DNA of 64,000 nt from NCBI GenBank assembly GCA_964016885.1, contig OZ024743.1, positions 29,698,001-29,762,000 on the forward strand, read 5' to 3'. Positions 15,083-29,410 of the stretch are shown here, one piece after another (the first letter of the stretch is position 1; every line of letters begins with the position of its first letter). Source of the stretch: Eledone cirrhosa (Eukaryota). The position numbers were made by a program, and so were the translations under genes. A model generated the notes under the pieces. It was not told where the DNA came from. It did not search any database and was given only the letters and a program-made list of their open reading frames with translations.

Positions 15083-15085
<3 letters not shown>
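14480..15085 (+). repeat. Dispersed repeat family R ending at (TA)n
   Basis: Close match to 37935-38459, with a diverged inverted copy at about 23455-23800; internal ~140-bp duplication. Confidence 0.75.
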
Positions 15086-15143
<58 letters not shown>

Positions 15144-15255
15144 TTGTAATAAAATGAAAACGAAATTTCATTTCTCACTCTTAGTACGGCACTTACTTAA
15201 ATGTAAGTATGTATGTATACGTACATACATATATGTATACAGACGTACAGTAGCA

Positions 15256-15307
<52 letters not shown>

Positions 15308-15469
15308 TATATACATACAGGTACACATACATATATGTACGTATCAGTTTAGCGGACGCTTATTATAACGCCCGCTTTGTTCGTTTGTAAACAAACTGAA
15401 CAGCCTGAATTTATGCCGTACGGTGTTAAGGCAACCACGTCACCTTTTTGTTCAACACTGACACAGGAA

Positions 15470-15510
15470 CGATGTACTAGTTTCAAGCTTGTTAGCTATC
15501 ATCAGCACCG
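15470..15510 (-). ncRNA. Hammerhead ribozyme
   Basis: Reverse complement of 16044-16084. Confidence 0.85.
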
Positions 15511-15749
15511 TATACCCTTCTGCCAGATGGTTGAACGTTCGAAAGTATATACTTTCCTTATGAAAATTAACGGCTGAGCAGCCTAATTTGCATATCGAGT
15601 GAGTTATGTCGGCCAGGCGTACCGAAAACGATAAGTTGTAATAAAATGAAAACGAAATTTCATTTCTCACTCTTAGTACGGCACTTACTTAAATGTAAGT
15701 ATGTATGTATACGTACATACATATATGTATACAGACGTACAGTAGCATG

Positions 15750-15825
<76 letters not shown>

Positions 15826-16043
15826 CAGGTACACATACATATATGTACGTATCAGTTTAGCGGACGCTTATTATAACGCCCGCTTTGTTCGTTTGTAAAC
15901 AAACTGAACAGCCTGAATTTATGCCGTACGGTGTTAAGGCAACCACGTCACCTTTTTGTTCAACACTGACACAGGAACGATGTACTAGTTTCATAAGGAA
16001 TGTATATACTTTCGAACGTTCAACCATCTGGCAGAAGGGTATA

Positions 16044-16084
16044 CGGTGCTGATGATAGCTAACAAGCTTGAAACTAGTACATCG
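16044..16084 (+). ncRNA. Canonical minimal hammerhead ribozyme
   Basis: cggtg-CTGATGA-t-agct-aaca-agct-t-GAAAC-TA-GTA-catcg; all stems pair; stem III palindrome ACTAGT. Confidence 0.85.
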
Positions 16085-16169
16085 TTCCTGTGTCAGTGTT
16101 GAACAAAAAGGTGAACTGATACGTACATATATGTATGTGTACCTGTATGTATATATATATATGTATATA

Positions 16170-16243
<74 letters not shown>

Positions 16244-16516
16244 TGCTACTGTACGTCTGTATACATATATGCATGTACGTATACATACATACTTACATTT
16301 ATATATATATATATGTATATGCAGGGAGTGTAACGTGCAGTTACTGTAGGTTCACCCAGGTGAGCACTTGATGTTTAGATTCACATCTGAAACTGGCATT
16401 ACGCTATTGATCAGCTCAAGGTTAAATCTGCATCGATCCGGCCCGACTCTGGAATCAAAAGCTCGTCGGACTTCTGTTGTAGTAATGACAGAATGTGTAC
16501 CTTATATCAGTAACAG

Positions 16517-16570
<54 letters not shown>

Positions 16571-17303
16571 AAATTAAATTACGGGTGTCATGTCCGAGAC
16601 ATGCGCCATATCCGTTGTAGAATATGCTCAAAGATTCCAATGAATAGATCCGAGCATTTTATATCAACTAGAATTGATTGACACATATATATATATATAT
16701 ATATACAATAAATACATGAAACAATCACAGGGGATAATTTGTAAAGTGTAAACACACACAGCTAGGTAGGTAACTAATTAAAGTTTAGCTAGAACTTCAA
16801 ATATAGATACCTTTTAAAATGATTAATCATTTATATATATATTAATTTGCCGAGTTGCACCAAACGGTCTTTTGGCTGCTATTTCCAGCGACATTATAAG
16901 CCTATCAGGTAGTCCTAATATACTAGACGATCATAACGAAACACTACGCATGTTTGTTGTCCCCACCATGCTACCCAGGCAAAGGAAACAGTATGTTTTA
17001 TATTTTGTTCAGTTTCTCTTAGCTGTTGAAGAATTAAACTTCCCTGAAGAGTAGAAGAGTATGCGGATTCTTCATTTATTGATGGTTCAAATAATAATTA
17101 TTCCCCTTACGAAACCATGTTACGGCGATCGAAAAGCGAGGTTAGAAAATATAAGACTTTTGTCGATCTTGTTTGTAATCCCATAATTAAAGTTTTTCTC
17201 ACTTAATTTTAATACATAATATTGCTTCTCTGAGAGATTTCTCTCATATAGATGTAATACATATTAGAGCGTAATTAACCTTTATTATAGATATAAATAT
17301 TAT

Positions 17304-17492
17304 GGGCGGTGGATTGGCAGTATCGGTAGAGAGTCGGACGCCATGCTTTCCAGTATAGTTACGTCCCTTTACGGTCTGAATTCAAATCCCGTCGAGGTTA
17401 AATTTGCCTTTCATCCTTACGGGGTCGATAAAATAAAGTACCAGTAATGTACTGGGTAATTGCTGGCCTTGTGCCTAAAGTAGAAACAATTA
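17304..17492 (+). mobile_element. SINE family 1, full length
   Basis: A/B boxes and body; flanked by tataaatatt on both sides. Confidence 0.9.
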
Positions 17493-18442
17493 TAAATATT
17501 CAGATATTCATTTATTTATTTTAGATAATTCAACAAGAGAAAGCAAAATCAAACGATCCACTCATGTATCCTTTAACATTCAAGATGCGTGGTTAGAATG
17601 TGTATGTGTATATAGTAGCAATTGGGCGTTTGATTACGCGTTCATGAGATCTGCTTATGTTAATTAATAAATTTGCCATAGAATACATGGATTGTATAGT
17701 TATTTTGAGGTCAATCTTCTTGAAGGTATTTATTAGTTTATATTTTTCTCTCTAAATGTATCTAATATATGTTTGTTCATTTGCCAAGAAATTGGTAAAA
17801 AAATTCGTTGTTTATCTGTCTTCCGGTTTGGCTGATATGTTACTCGTTTAGTAGCTTATTTATACCCATCCTCAGGATTTAGCTCCCAAGGCTTATGACA
17901 AAAGCATTCGTTACCCGGTTTGTTACCCAGTTCGAGTTGTCATATGATTGTATGGAATATTTCGGGTGCCTTTGTATGCTGGTCATTGAATGTAACAAAC
18001 GGTTTTACGCATCCCAGTTTGTTTACCAGGGTGTTTTAACAATTTTCATGTAGAAGTGCACATCTATTAAACATAGCTAGAACTGCATCTACAATAATGC
18101 TCATCTACAATAATGCTAAGAAAATACTTCAGTTCATAAAAGCATCTGACACTCTACAACGCTCATGTAATACCCAAAATGTACTACTGTGCTTTAAAAA
18201 TAAGAGCAGTTTTACAAGGCTGTTGCGCTGAATCTCTCCTAGAAATTCATTAAAGATCAGGTGTCAGTGGCATGCTTGACGACAATCACGTTTATATCAC
18301 GAACGAAACCCTCTGCTGATAAAAAAATGGAACAGTCGGCGTCGAAACCACACAAAAAAGACACACAACTCACGTACACACACATACATATATAAATTAT
18401 ATATATATATATATATAATATATAATATATATATATATATAC

Positions 18443-18524
<82 letters not shown>

Positions 18525-18530
18525 TACATA

Positions 18531-18703
18531 AAAATGGCTTCTACCGGACTAGAGCTGTTTGGTTCAGGAGAAATCTTGAGAAAGCCTCATGATTTCTCCC
18601 GAATGAAACCGTTCTAGTCCTGTAGAAGCGATTTCTATATTAAATATTTATACTCTGCTATTTTTGAGTACCTTACTTACTGTGGTTACCCCTGATTGAC
18701 CTC

Positions 18704-18706
<3 letters not shown>
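18531..18706 (+). mobile_element. Fold-back HHR mini-element (family C)
   Basis: Diverged inverted arms; ctcatga-tttc-tccc-gaat-GAAAC; homologous to 19701-19882; flanked by (TA)n. Confidence 0.65.
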
Positions 18707-18746
<40 letters not shown>

Positions 18747-19669
18747 GTGTGTGTGTGCGCGTGTGCATATGTGTGTGTGGTTATGTATGTGTTTGAATAA
18801 ATGTGTGTGTGCGCACGCGCAGTGGGGAAACACGAGTGAGATCGAGATCCTACTGATGAAACATTGATTTCAGGTTGGGAGAAATCGAAGTATTTAATAG
18901 TCTTGCATCTCATTTTTATCTGCAGTCATATTAAGCGACGATGGTAATGGAAATAAAAACTGGATTGACGTTTTATTTTGGTTTTGTATTACGAGACGTA
19001 TTACCTCTCACACACGTCAGCAATGATCTCAATTGAAAGATTATAGAAATCCTCGCCATAATATATTGTAGCGTTAGAGCCAATTATATAATCATTAATT
19101 ACTGTCTATGGAATCATGATTTGAAGCTATTATAACTTTACACGAATGGCAAATTAACAGACGATTTGACGGGAAATATCAAAATGCTCTCATCTTATTA
19201 AAATGTATATTATACAGTGATTCTCATAATTAGTATCTCACAAAACACCATGTTTTATACAACTAGTATTAGTTCGGAATTGCTATTATCAAGCTGCTAC
19301 TGATGCCCGATGTTATTTATTTTCCAAATTAGTAGAGTAACACGTTCAATGGCGTCTTCTTATTTTTCCTTTATCTTTTTTCTTTGTTCATTTGTCTCTG
19401 GTTGTCATTGTTCTTTCCACGGCAACATAGATGTGGAGTTTAATGTTTCTCTACTGAGAAATACATACTATATATTGATTTCTTCATTAAGCTCTGCTTT
19501 ATCTCGAAGAAAGCGATGGTATGGAGATTGATTAGCTACCATAAACGTATTTCTGTGTATAATTCTGTTTCTTCTACTATATTGTGAAATGGGTTACGAA
19601 CCAACACCACCGCATGTATGTGTACGAGTAGAAACTGCTATATTTATATATATATATATATGTCTATCA

Positions 19670-20111
<442 letters not shown>

Positions 20112-21805
20112 CGCGTGTGTGTCAAACCTATATATGTGTGCATATGTGTGTGTGCATATACATTTCTCCAACTCAGTAAGCTGAAGGCGTAATTGTATGA
20201 AAGACCTAATTGAAAACAAGTATAATTAAACAAAATACTTGTACTACAAACATGCGTTAAAAACATTAACACTCAGATTCTACATCACTGTGATTTATTA
20301 AACTATGTTATTCTTTCAGGTTGTTGATTCACACTGACAGCACGGAGTTATAATCATATATAATTACTTTACGAACCAAGAGGTCACGTCAGCAATCCCT
20401 ACTATTCATTTTTAATACAAACTAAGCCGGAAGCATGAACACTAAAGAAAGATGAACCTCATCTACTTATATATATAACCAGCAATTTCTCTGTCTGTCT
20501 GTCTGTCCGACATTGGAAACACATGCGTAGAGAGAGAGTGAGAGTGAAAGAAAGAGACAGACTACGAGAGTGGGATAGCGGGAGGGAGAGAGAGAGAGAG
20601 TGAATAGACGCTAAAACACGTGCTACATAAACATTACCTTCCCCTCTCCACTGACTTTGGTCACTGAGGCCGGGGGAATCGCTGGTTGCTATAGAGACAC
20701 CTTGCACAAGCCAGAAGTAACCAGTTCGAGGCGGTTTTGACTTGACACCATGCGAAGAAGGTTGCCATTGAATTTGTGGTTTGAAGAAGGTTGCCATTGA
20801 ATTTGTGGTTGTTGCTGCTGATAATAAGGACCATTTGAAGAAAGTTACTGCTGATGAGGTAATCTATAAATCAGATTGTGCAGTTCCATAACCTACGTTT
20901 GATTTGTTCAATTTTTTTCTTCTATTTTTTTTGTTGTTTTTTTTAATTTCTTATTGAAAAAATATAAATAATAAAATAAGGTTAGAAATTTAAATACAAT
21001 TAAATACGATTTAATTTCCATTTCCAGCAGTCAATGTCCAGTGTTCAATTTCATGAAAAAATTGGAAATAATTTAAAAAATTGAAGTTTAACTTTTGAAC
21101 ATTTGTTTTGACAATAAAAAAATATTTCCTTATTCACACCTAATGGTATGATTAAAATTTCATATGAATATTTTTTTCTAACCGCCAGTTATTTAAATAT
21201 TATTAAAAATAATTTTTTTTAAAAATAGAATGGAAGATTTTGTGGATTTTTTTACCACCTTCCAAGCCTTAAACACTAATTCTCGCGAATTTGTGTTTTG
21301 TAATGACCCTCAGGACGCTGCTATTGTTGATTCCAATAGTGCCTGGTATTCGAATATGTTAGTATACAATATTTTGAATAAAATTAAGGCGCAATTAGAG
21401 CTGCCAAACAAAATTTTTTTCGGCTTCGGCCCATATTATTTTTGGAAACATTTTTGGCTCTAATGAGTCTGCCTCTGTTGGCGTTATTTGCGACAGTCAC
21501 CATTTTTTGACTTTCAAGTCTCCTTATAATATATAACCAGCAATTTCTCTGTCTGTCTGTCCGACAGTGGTGCACGTGCGCGCGTGGTTGCTATCTCTCT
21601 CTCTCTCCAGCTATCACTCTCTTTTAGTCTGTCTGTTTCTCTCACTCTCACTCTTTCTCTTTGTAATACACTAACATTCTTCCCCTCTATCGCTGTGACG
21701 AATGGGGAGATGGAGGAGGAGGAGGAGGAGGAGAGAGTCACTTCGTCACTTCACCTCTGCCTTTCTTTCTCTCCCCTCTCACTTCTTCATTACGTACAGA
21801 CATTA

Positions 21806-21975
21806 GGGCGATGGATTGGCAGAATCTGTAGAGAGTCGGGCACCATGCTTTACGATCTAAGTTCAAATACCGCCGAGGTTAACTTTGCCTTTCATCCTCA
21901 CGGGGTCGATAAAATAAAGTACCAGTAATGTACTAGGTAATTGCTGGCCTTGTGCCAAAAGTAGAAACAATTATT
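21806..21975 (+). mobile_element. SINE family 1 nested in the Helitron
   Basis: Head, body and tail match. Confidence 0.85.
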
Positions 21976-22093
21976 AGAAACATTGCTTCATTTTTACATA
22001 TCTAAGCATTAGTAAAATAACTAATAATTTCAAAAGTAATTTTTCAATTCCAATTGTTATGAACAGCAAAACATTAATAATAATTTTGTTCTA

Positions 22094-22258
22094 AGATATA
22101 TATATACATTTCTGTGTGTGTAATATATATATACACACACAGAAATATATATATATACACACAGAAATATATATACATTTCTGTGTGTGTAATATATATA
22201 TACACACACAGAAATATATATATATACACACAGAAATATATATACATTTCTGTGTGTG

Positions 22259-22321
<63 letters not shown>

Positions 22322-22377
22322 AATATATATACATTTCTGTGTGTGTAATATATATATATACACACACAGAAATATAT
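22094..22377. repeat. Tandem array of palindromic units
   Basis: Repeating catttctgtgtgtgtaa(TA)n cacacacagaaat. Confidence 0.8.
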
Positions 22378-22861
22378 GGGTATTTCTCTGTTTGTCTGTC
22401 TGTCTGTCTGTCCTTCCCTAAAACTCAAATGTAGGTGCTACAGAAATATTACCTTCCCCTTCCTTTCTCCACTTTGGTACTGCCAAGAGAAACACTGTCG
22501 CTATAGAAACATTACCTTCCCCTCTCCACTGACTTTGGTCATTGAGGCCGAGGGAATCGCTGGTTGCTATAGAGAAATCTTGCACAAGCTAGAAGTAACC
22601 AGTTCGAGGCGGTTCTGACTTGACACCATGCCAAGGACCATTTCCGTCACTAATCTCCTTTTCTCCTTTTTCGTTTTAACATATTTTTATTTCAAAGATT
22701 TCACCGTATAGATAACATATATATTTATACATGCATAAAAGACACACCGAGAGACGGTGAACATGTGGTGCCGAAAACATTTCTCATCCAAATCTCAACA
22801 ATATCAGTATATACACTAGATTTGCTAGCAGAAAACCGCCCACCGGGTGGTTTTCTGCTAG

Positions 22862-23331
22862 TCTCTATATATATAAAACAGAAGATGTCTGTCTGTGTGT
22901 GTGTGTATGGTTTTTATGCATTTCCACATTTCTCTACCTATTTTGATGATTTTTTCCCAATGTGCTCCAAATTAATCAAGGATGGTCACCGCGTAATAAA
23001 CCTTGCCAAAGATTTCCTGCTTCTATGAAAACAATCGATAAAACAAAATACATGCTGTAACCCCCTCTCTTACACGTTTATTCACTCTCACTACTACCCT
23101 AAAAAATCTATGAAACTACATACATGTTGCAACTCTCTCTCTATATATATATATATCACAGACACACATATACATATACATCTAAAGAAAGAAAGGGGGA
23201 TGTAGATAGAGAGAGAGAGTGAGATAGGGCGTTATACAGAGAGAGGTACAAGATAATCAGATAGAGAGACAGAGAGAGAGAGAGAATGGCGACGAACGCT
23301 GGTTCACACAAACACAGAAACACAGAAACAC

Positions 23332-23428
<97 letters not shown>

Positions 23429-24478
23429 CTGATAAAAAGAGGAGAGGGGTTGAGAAAGAAACTTTAAGCAAAGTATCGCTGCATTAACGGGATCTGAAAC
23501 TAAAAAATTCAATCTGTGAAAGGCACAATTAAATATTTCGAGGAACGTTGCAACCGAAGGAAAACAGGAAGAAGATATTTTGGTTCGTGAAGACGTTCCC
23601 TGGTAATGAACGGCAAAAAGTGAGGATAATACGTCGTTATGTGGACCATGAAGAACAATTTTAAGCAAAGACAGGACCAAGTGTATGGTGTAAATGGAGT
23701 CGTTAGACTAATATTCAATTTAAAATAACAAAATGATTTCCAGCCCCGGAGTTTAAGAATGATGTAAATAAAATTGTAAACGAAAATGACAGAGGTTATT
23801 AAAATAGTTGTTTCTACTTTTGGCAAAAGGCCAGCAATTACCCAGTACATTATTGGTACTTTATTTTATCGACCCCGTAAGGATGAAAGACGAAGTTAAC
23901 CTCGATGGGATTTTAACTTTGCCTTAAAATAATTAAAGTAAATAGTAAATATTTAGGCCAGTACATACCTATGCGCCGACGGACATACACATACATATAC
24001 ATACGCACACACAAATACATACACACACACACATGCGCGCGCGCGTAAACCTTAAGCATTTCTACAGAATTTTCACCAAACTTAAGACATAGGTTACTTA
24101 CGTACTCCGGATGATCATGGGCACTTTCACTTTTCCAGATATTGATTATAAGGCCTTCCGGCAGATAACCCCCTTTAACCACTTCCTCGGAATCAACTGA
24201 AGCACTGCAGTGCAATGCAACACAACGTCATAACTTCTGGAGTTCGCAACCGATTTTCACAAAACTTGACACACGGGCTACGTTTGTTCTATATATGAAT
24301 GTGAACTCTCACAATTGGCACATATTGAGTAGTGGACCCCTGGGGGCACGAACCCCCTTTTGGAAAAAAGCCGATGATTTTGTAAAAGTATAGCTTTCGA
24401 AGCAGCACTGGAATATTGACATAAATGGTATTCATAACTGCTATTTAATACCCGAGCAACACCGGGTACCTCTGCTAG
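22862..24478 (+). mobile_element. Non-autonomous Helitron
   Basis: 5' TCTCTATATATATAAA; 3' tacccgagcaacaccgggta hairpin followed by CTAG|T. Confidence 0.7.
23804..23917 (-). mobile_element. SINE family 1, partial
   Basis: Reverse-complement body and tail. Confidence 0.8.
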
Positions 24479-24949
24479 TATGTCTATATAACGGAATATG
24501 TCTTAACGTTAAAATGATGGTGTCTACATGTTCTCAATGATATATACGTATAAATGGAGACTGTTGAGAAATTTTCATATTTAGCGATCCTTCTCACCAA
24601 TATTGGAGTAATGGCAGTTTCTTGCATAACGAAGTGCCACAACATTTACATGTAAACATCTATAGACTCGATATATTAACTGTTGATTCCTCATTGGTCC
24701 CGAATATATTATTTCATTTTCGCTAATCTTTAACAGTATGTTATCGTATGTTTATTAACCGATTTCCGAATTTATTGTTCCTAATTTACCGTTTGTTGTC
24801 TTTGATCATTATGTCTGCTCCATTGTACTTTCATTGAGATATTGACATGACCATCTCAACAATATTCTTTCAAATTATGTGTAATGATGGTAGCCACATC
24901 TCCTATCCCCTTATGTGACTCATCATGAATTCTATAGTTTCCATTGATT

Positions 24950-26210
24950 GTCCTGCACAATGTATTAGCAATGATATCATGCCTCACAGGACGAGGAAAA
25001 TATGATAATAGTTTCGGTTATGATGATATTGACACGTTCATTGTATATTCTCCAGAGTCGGCATCGGTTGTAGCACCGACATTTTCCTTTATCCATATCA
25101 CTTTTATAGAGCAAGTCTTTCATTGTTATTTCTTCTTCCTATGTATAACTTCCAGCTTACTTCTCCAGAAATGTCCTGTATATTGTAACCGTCTAAGTAA
25201 TTGTAGTTATGATCTCGGGTTATTTCCATATAAACATTCGTTTGTAATTCATTGACGTCAGTTTGTTTTGTACAACACTAATCCATTTAGTGTATTCACC
25301 ATCTAGTTCATTCTCAGGTGGCCGTGACACCATCCATGGAGCTGATCCATACAACATTAACTCAACAGATGCTCCGGAAAAGATATTGTGATTGCACTGG
25401 ATATACCTGACTACTTCATTATTTCCTTTTTGTTCATTGCACCCAAGATTGTGGAAATTCTAATGTCAAAGCCCATATATAGAAAATCATAGCTTCGATT
25501 TAGTATTCCGCCATCCTGTGTGATAAGAATTTCATCTCCTTGGTTTAGTAACACGTACTGTGTCCCGGTTACATTTATGTGTAGACCAATTTTCCTACAA
25601 GATAATTTTACTTTATGAAGAAGTTCTTGAGCTATTTGATAGACGAACTATGTCATCAGTAAAATCTGTATCATGTATAACAATTGGTGGGTTTCGGCTA
25701 CTTCTCTTTTGTGTCAATGTAGAGTTGAGATCTTCATGGCATAGTCCAAAGTGATTATGAGAGGATGTGGGGCCACCTCGAAGAACACCTGTTTGAATTT
25801 AAAAGAAACTCGGAATCATCGCCAGGAGAGAAAATGTTACCTTCCGTATGGAATCAAATATAGCAGAAACTATGGAATCAGGTATGCCACATGTAACTAG
25901 GATTGACATAATCCTCCCTCTATGGATGTAATCAAAAGCCACTTTCTAATGATGAAAGTTTGAGTTTCTTTGATCTTAGGCCTTCTAGTAGCCTACGCAC
26001 TGTCAATATTTTTGAGAGTGTCGATCTATTTTGTCTCAAACCATTTTGATTTATTCTGAGTTTAGTATGCTGTTTAGTATCATTCTGTTGGAGATTTTAG
26101 CTGCAACGATTGACGAAGTGTTTCCCCTGTAATTAGCTCTATATCCCAGGTCACCCTTCTTAGGTAGGGTTACTATTCCTTTTTTTTCTTCAGTTTTCGG
26201 CGCATTCCCT
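24950..26210 (-). pseudogene. Degenerate RTE-type LINE reverse transcriptase
   Basis: Minus strand AFDYIHRGRIMSILVTCGIP...TGVLRG...LDYAM...RSSRNPPIVIHDTDFTDDI; frameshifted. Confidence 0.7.
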
Positions 26211-26736
26211 TTCATGGTTTCTCGGCTTACATATAAGGTCTAAATTTATTAATTTGTTAAAATGTAGATGATTTACTTAATCATAGATATTCACTTCCAA
26301 TTTTGGCGTTAGAACAAATACTTTCTTTATTTGGTTTCCTGTTTTATATCTCTTTTAGAGAGAAATGTTTTATATATGAATATTGCTCTCGGAAATTTTC
26401 ACTAGGGATAGATTTTAACTTTTGTATATTTCACTTTCTCAGTTATTTATCATTGACGGTATATTGGTGTTGATGGTTAACGTGACTGCGACAAATGCAT
26501 GTATGTAAGTATGTATATATGTATGTAAGTATGTATATATGTATGTAGTCAGGTAGTGTTGGTGGTAAAATATGTATAATTTATATAAGAGTAACAATTA
26601 ATAGCTATATATATATATATATATATATATATCTGTTTGCGTCTACGTGTATGTGTATGTTTTTCACGTATGCAAGCGTAAAATCACTAATGTATATGTT
26701 TTTTGTTTCGTCTACATCCCCACTATGCAAGCTGAC

Positions 26737-26794
<58 letters not shown>

Positions 26795-26797
26795 TTA

Positions 26798-26972
26798 TAA
26801 TTGTTTGTACTTTTAGCACAAGGTCAGCAATTATCCAGTACATTACTGGTACTTATTTTATCGACCCCGTAAGGATGAAAGGCAAAGTTAACCTCAGTGG
26901 GATTTGAACTCAGATCGCAAAGGGACGTAACTACGCTGGAAAGCATGTCTGACCCTCTACCAATACTGCAAA
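26798..26972 (-). mobile_element. SINE family 1
   Basis: Reverse-complement match. Confidence 0.85.
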
Positions 26973-28129
26973 TCACATACTTGCTCGGTATATTTTCCAT
27001 CAGTTAACCTTATTTTGGTAGCTACAGTCTATTGCCAAACTACAATTTATTTCAACCCTAAACCTGCGAAGTTTGTGCAGACACGTCTCCAGTGTACTGC
27101 GGCATCGTGCTTAAAAGATTCGTTTATTATTGTACTTCAATGAAATAAGTAAAAAATTTAATCGAATGTCAGTAGGTTTTATTCGAAATATTATAACATG
27201 TGTAGAAAATTGTCATCTCTGAGGCAATATTTACAAATACAAAGAAAATAATCAAAATACAAAACGCTTAATGGTTTTGCCCGTCACCAGGAAAATTAGT
27301 TTTTCTACTTTTTGAGCAAATTGCTTTTCGCACGTTAACGTAGGCCTTCTCAGAAGCCTATAAGATATTCTATATGCAGAATTACTTTTCATGTTCTTGG
27401 CAAATCTATGTTCTTGCCGATTAAGCTTTCGTCAAGCAGCACAGTATTCTTACAATTTCAACATGACACTGAATGATATTCTTATTTTGGATATTTACTA
27501 TCTAGTATTCGCTCTGACAAGCACATCATTTTATGTACACAATTATTATTCAATACAACAGAACCTTTTGCAGTCTTCGTACTAAATGTATTAGTATTTA
27601 CTTATAAATTTACCTATAATTTTCACTTTCCACTAAGTTTTACTCAAAATATTTCTTTGCATTTCATTACACAATATACTTAAACTTGCTGAACCTTCTC
27701 TTTTTATATACATTTCTGTGTATTTACAGTGTTTGAAGCCTAGCATTTGTATATTTTATTTGAAATTCATTTTCAATGCCTACCAAATGAATAACATCAC
27801 ATTTTACTATCATTCGGAAACTTTTTGAAATATTTTGGCTGCTTATAAGGAACCATATAGGAGAAATGTTTCAATTGGAATATGTATTTCATATAAATAT
27901 AAAATACCTTTGTTGGAATTGGATTATTTTAAAACTAATACATACCTATTTGTAATGCAGATTACTGCTCCCCAGCATACACATACACATTAATACAGAT
28001 ACCAACACACGTATACACATACACAGACACAGGGAGACACGCACAGATACATACAGGCATACACACACACACACACACACATCCACCCACACCCACCCAT
28101 ACACACATATATATATATATTATTAATGT

Positions 28130-29410
28130 TACTCAACATAGTTGCTTGCTACATTAAGTTTCAAAACTTGCTCCAGTATTGGCCACAAATTCACTTTATG
28201 GTCTCCCCCGTTCATATTAGATATGAGGTCAATCTGGTTAAATATGGTAGGCATCGTTTGGGTATTCAAGTGTAGTAACTCATCTGATTAAATATAATTG
28301 TTTCTACTTTAGGCACAAGGCAAGTAATTACCCAGTGCATTACTGGTACTTTATTTTATCGACCCCGTAAGGATGAAAGGCAAAGTCAACCTCGGCGGGA
28401 TTTGAACTCAGATCGTAAAGGGACGTAACTATGCTGGAAAGCATGGCGTCCGACCCTCTACCGATACTGCCAATCCAATAATACCACTTGTTTACTGTTT
28501 AGGTATTTATTGGGAGATTTCAATCCCTGTAACGACCTGATATTACATCTGTGTTGTAAAGGATACTCCTTCTTAACCTGCATGAGCATCCCCGGTTTTC
28601 TTCAGATTTGTTCTCATATGATATCTTTGATATAGGGAGGGTGCACAGGAATAGCTAATTTTCACCGACTAACTACTGAATATTTTACTATATCTATATT
28701 GAGGAGAACATGTTTGACTATTAATATTTCGTTCTGAGACCTTGTTATCGACATTTCTCGTCACGTTTAGATAGAAGGGGGTTTGAACCATATATTTCTT
28801 TTTCTGGTTTTTACGTTTGCTCTGAGTATTTATTTATCCTTGAAGCCTCTATCTCTGAGTGCTTTGTTGCAGTAAAGGGCTACCTTTGTTGCAGTAAAGG
28901 GCTACCCCATAGCAGGAAAATAAGTTTAACATTCTTCGGCTAATGTTTGGTAGTAGGTTTTGAAAGAGTACGGGCGGATGGGAGGATCATATATGTTTCT
29001 CAGTGTCTCGTTAGGCTTATGATAAGCTTTATATGTTGATATGGCTAAATCAGTGTTAACATCTAGAACATTGGCGTTGGTATGTCTACTGTCTACAGTA
29101 TGTTTAGTGCTAAGGTTCTAAATACCTCTATTAAGTCATTGCAACATATACTTAGGGAGTGGCTGTTGCTATTATGCGAGGCAGACAAACCATCGTCGCG
29201 GCAGAAGCTAATAAGTTGGTTGAGAAATGTTCCTTAAGAGTATGAAGTATAAATAATCCAAACAATTAACACGCATCATCTCTGTCGTACGACCCCATAG
29301 AGACATTGAAGAAATCCTCTGGGTTTGCCCTTTTAACACAAGTAATCTCATTTGTAAATAGGAAGGTGTTTCTGTCGTGTTTAACATCCATTCCCTGGTA
29401 GCTGATTGCG
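28130..29410 (-). pseudogene. Hydra-type PLE RT, thumb and linker relic, interrupted by a SINE
   Basis: Minus strand FNVSMGSYD...GLFIL...CRDDGL...NVLDVNTDL...YKAYHKPN...KALRDRGF...RNIWFKPP...KISYSC...GCSCR. Confidence 0.75.
28296..28477 (-). mobile_element. SINE family 1
   Basis: Reverse-complement match. Confidence 0.9.

Larger units (their letters stand above)
15140..16300. mobile_element. Tandem plus inverted HHR element (retrozyme-like or pLTR array)
   Basis: ~492-bp unit 15140-15631 repeated from 15632, then inverted segments from about 15993. Confidence 0.8.
20462..22861 (+). mobile_element. Non-autonomous Helitron (composite)
   Basis: 5' TCTACTTATATATATAA with a second start near 21519; 3' GC hairpin then CTAG at 22858-22861. 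Confidence 0.6.

Noticed and set aside
18850-18902. HHR-like CTGATGA...gaaatc-GAAG
   Set aside because: GAAA is broken, stems I and III are unconvincing, and there is no second copy in the window.
22094-22377. CRISPR-like array
   Set aside because: Spacers are only (TA)n, no cas genes, eukaryotic context.
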